64,000 bases of DNA from Euryarchaeota archaeon UBA89 (GTDB lineage Archaea > Thermoplasmatota > Poseidoniia > Poseidoniales > Thalassarchaeaceae): positions 12,509 to 76,508 of the forward strand of contig DAFS01000033.1 of the NCBI GenBank assembly GCA_002495525.1, written 5' to 3'. The notes beneath the pieces are model-generated. The model was not told the origin of the DNA. It saw only the letters and a list, made by a program, of their open reading frames with translations, and searched no databases. Below are positions 61,620 to 64,000 of this stretch, piece by piece (position 1 is the first letter of the stretch; each line of letters begins with the position of its first letter). The translations under genes and the position numbers were made by a program.

Positions 61620-62273
61620 CTACTTTACCCTACTAGAATCAACTGGTTTACGCATAAAACCTTGAGCGTCATCATACATTTCTTCAAAGCCATGATAACG
61701 TAATTTATGTTGTTTCTGAAGTGGATGAAAACCCACAGGAGATTCATGCGGATTTAGCACTCTACGCATCTCTTCATGCCCTTCAAAATCAATTCCTACT
61801 AAATCCCAGGTTTCTTTTTCATTCCAATCTGCTCCGACCCAAAGATCTTGTACGCTGGCAACTGAAGGAGTTCGGGTATCTCCAATTTTGATACTAATTT
61901 GAATTTCTAAAGGTACATTCTTTCCTTTTACCTTTGAAAAATCCACAATATTTGGAATTACTAGGCCATCTTCAATAACTGGGTCCTTAATTCCAGTTCT
62001 CAAAAAATGATAAACAACTTCCCAGGTCTTATCAGAAGATTCTGGCCAATGAATACCAGTAATCATTGAACAATGATCGACTGAATGTTTTTCCTTCAAC
62101 TGTTCAGCAACCTTCCTCCAGTTTTCAGGAGAAACAGTTGCATTAACAATAGGTCTATTCTGAGTACCACTGGTACGAATATCTACAGATGATTCTACTC
62201 CGGCCATCTTATTCAAAGAGGATACTAATTTCTCAGCCGCCTCTTGTTGTGCTTTTTCCGAAACTATCCTCAT
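61620..62273 (-). CDS. nuoC: Complex I-like subunit C
   Basis: ADWNEKETWDLVGIDFEGH..MRR, HPLQK. Confidence 0.93.
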   Translation of the reverse strand: MRIVSEKAQQEAAEKLVSSLNKMAGVESSVDIRTSGTQNRPIVNATVSPENWRKVAEQLKEKHSVDHCSMITGIHWPESSDKTWEVVYHFLRTGIKDPVIEDGLVIPNIVDFSKVKGKNVPLEIQISIKIGDTRTPSVASVQDLWVGADWNEKETWDLVGIDFEGHEEMRRVLNPHESPVGFHPLQKQHKLRYHGFEEMYDDAQGFMRKPVDSSRVK

Positions 62274-62282
62274 AATAATCCC

Positions 62283-62879
62283 TCATGCATCTCCGATGAT
62301 TACTGGAGCCTCACTTTCTAACCTAGAATGACTTGGCATGGCTCCAATTCGAATTATTTTTTCTCTCAATTTGCCAAAACCATCGATTAGAGCCTCTGGT
62401 CTAGGAGGGCAACCAGGAATGTATACGTCAACAGGAATAATTGTATCAACTCCTTCAAGAATATTGTACGACTGGAAATATGGACCTCCTGAAATTGCAC
62501 ATTCGCCCATCGCTATACACCATTTCGGCTCAGGCATTTGTTCCCATAGACGGACTATTGGATCAGCAAATTTCTTACTAATAGGCCCATTTACGAGTAA
62601 TACATCGCATTGTCTAGGACTGGAACGAAAGAAAACTCCGAAACGCTCTGCATCAAAACGACTAGCTCCTGCTGCAGCCATTTCCAGTGCGCAACATTTG
62701 ATTCCTAGATGTAATGGAAAAAGAGATTTTCTTTGACCCCAATTAAAAATACGTCCTGCTAAAACTCCAATCACATCTTTCAGCCTACTTGCCTTCAACG
62801 CTTCATCAGTAACATCTCCGACTGTTTCAACCAACAATCTACTACTAAACATAGAATAATTTTGTGTATCGTCTGCCAT
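62283..62879 (-). CDS. nuoB: Complex I-like subunit B
   Basis: CCALEM, SPRQCD, QMPEPKW.IAMGEC, PVDVYIPGCPPRPEA; GAGGTGA SD before ATG 62879. Confidence 0.98.
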   Translation of the reverse strand: MADDTQNYSMFSSRLLVETVGDVTDEALKASRLKDVIGVLAGRIFNWGQRKSLFPLHLGIKCCALEMAAAGASRFDAERFGVFFRSSPRQCDVLLVNGPISKKFADPIVRLWEQMPEPKWCIAMGECAISGGPYFQSYNILEGVDTIIPVDVYIPGCPPRPEALIDGFGKLREKIIRIGAMPSHSRLESEAPVIIGDA

Positions 62880-62889
62880 TACAATCACC

Positions 62890-63351
62890 TCAAATGTAAA
62901 TTCTTCCTCTCTTCCTGAATACGTGCCAAACACCTAGGCCCATAAGTAAAATGAATATTGACATGGTTGTCAAAGCACCCATTATTTCAGCCTTGGATAT
63001 AACATCAACATCTTGAATAGATATTATTCCACCAAATGCTAGGAACATGAATGCGATATCGAAAACTAAGAATATTATCGCATACCAATAATACTGAAAA
63101 TGGAAATTAATATGCGCCTCACCAACAGGTGCTGAACCACACTCATAGGTACTTTCACGACGTACGTACAAGGATTGATCTACTTCATAACCAGGAAGTA
63201 GCCATGAACGTGTCCTGGTAGGATTATTTGGATCAACAACAGGCCTTAGAAGCCTAGATGCGATGAAACTTCCTACAGGAAAACCTATGCCAACCAAAGT
63301 CATTACTGCTAGTGCAAGATAGGCTTCAGAAACTGATGTCATAGGGCTCAC
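62890..63351 (-). CDS. nuoA: Complex I-like subunit A
   Basis: YECG..P, FQYY.YAIIFLVFD, three TM helices. Confidence 0.95.
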   Translation of the reverse strand: MSPMTSVSEAYLALAVMTLVGIGFPVGSFIASRLLRPVVDPNNPTRTRSWLLPGYEVDQSLYVRRESTYECGSAPVGEAHINFHFQYYWYAIIFLVFDIAFMFLAFGGIISIQDVDVISKAEIMGALTTMSIFILLMGLGVWHVFRKRGRIYI

Positions 63352-63355
63352 AACC

Positions 63356-63372
63356 CGGTCCCTTAGGGACCG
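63356..63372. promoter_or_regulatory. 17-bp GC-rich palindrome directly upstream of nuoA
   Basis: CGGTCCCT-T-AGGGACCG. The sequence is seen directly; the regulatory role is inferred. Confidence 0.5.
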
Positions 63373-63435
63373 TTAGTACCGCCCACTAAAATTAGGGCAA
63401 TAAGTGTAACCTAACAATGAGTTTCAAGTTAGCAG

Positions 63436-63999
63436 TTAACGTTCAGATTCAAGTTCAAGTGCTTTGAGAATTCTTTGACTCTCTTTTCTTGATCTAGTGA
63501 AAAGGATAATGACGAGCAGCCCGCCGATTAATATCGCTCCCCAACCAATAATTTGGACCATGTCATCGGAAAGCAAAGATATTCCTATTGTAATCTCAGC
63601 AGTTACAGATAGGTCTAGAGGTTGCCCCGCCACAGGAAGTCCTTTTGGCATTACAATAATAGTAAAATCATATGTATCATCTTGGAATAAATCATTTGGG
63701 GGAGTTACTCGGATTTCTACTTCTCTTGTTTCACCCGGTGCCAATTTAAATTCATCATCGACAGCATTTACAGACCAAAACCTGAGTGCTTCTGATGATT
63801 CAATCACAACTGTTTCTTCTACATTGCCATGGTTAGTAACAAATATTGTGAAAATTGCCTTTTCGGGATAAGTCACCGTCTTCGAAGTTTCATCTTCAAT
63901 AGTGAATTGGAGATCATGTATGGTAATCACGTCAACTAACAAATCTACATGTGTACTTTCTATCGCATTAAGTTCTGAAGATGCGGAAACTTTGATCAT
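63436..63999 (-). CDS. C-terminal fragment of a surface protein with Ig-like (COG1470/NEW3-like) repeats and a C-terminal TM anchor; truncated by the window edge
   Basis: F.I.VTNHGN..E, L.PGET.EV.I.VTPP, TM helix followed by a basic tail. Confidence 0.75.
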   Translation of the reverse strand: MIKVSASSELNAIESTHVDLLVDVITIHDLQFTIEDETSKTVTYPEKAIFTIFVTNHGNVEETVVIESSEALRFWSVNAVDDEFKLAPGETREVEIRVTPPNDLFQDDTYDFTIIVMPKGLPVAGQPLDLSVTAEITIGISLLSDDMVQIIGWGAILIGGLLVIILFTRSRKESQRILKALELESER

Positions 64000-64000
64000 T

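Noticed and set aside
60475-62879. nuoB/C/D as a group 4 NiFe hydrogenase
   Set aside because: The large subunit lacks both complete CxxC motifs and no maturation genes are present in the window.

Overview
A gene-dense, AT-rich (by eye mid-30s % GC) archaeal chromosome segment made almost entirely of housekeeping genes. The mix of archaeal genes (thermosome, Cdc48, MC1, Hjc, aIF-1A/RIO1/KH, GGTGA Shine-Dalgarno sites) and bacterial-like metabolic genes fits Marine Group II (Poseidoniales) or a related Thermoplasmatota lineage; the taxonomy is an inference. It carries pyrG, arcC, pyrBI, thrS-trhO, serS, a cdc48/PRC/DUF4350/DUF58 cluster, an actinobacterial-like three-gene succinate dehydrogenase, three membrane proteases, Lhr, a leucine-catabolism (liu-like) cluster and a complex I-like operon without nuoEFG. 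I found no rRNA, tRNA, CRISPR array, transposase or prophage. The best leads are: (1) NuoI with an ~80-aa insertion containing an SH3-like segment plus a basic tail, a possible built-in electron-donor dock; (2) an Sdh anchor with candidate membrane Rieske ligands; (3) a eukaryote-like CTP synthase and a eukaryote-like acidic aIF-1A tail; (4) a DUF4350/DUF58 module lacking MoxR next to a Cdc48 lacking HbYX; (5) a 36-aa CPxCG zinc-finger gene missing from the ORF track; (6) several intergenic palindromes. All family calls come from motif recognition by eye, not from database searches.
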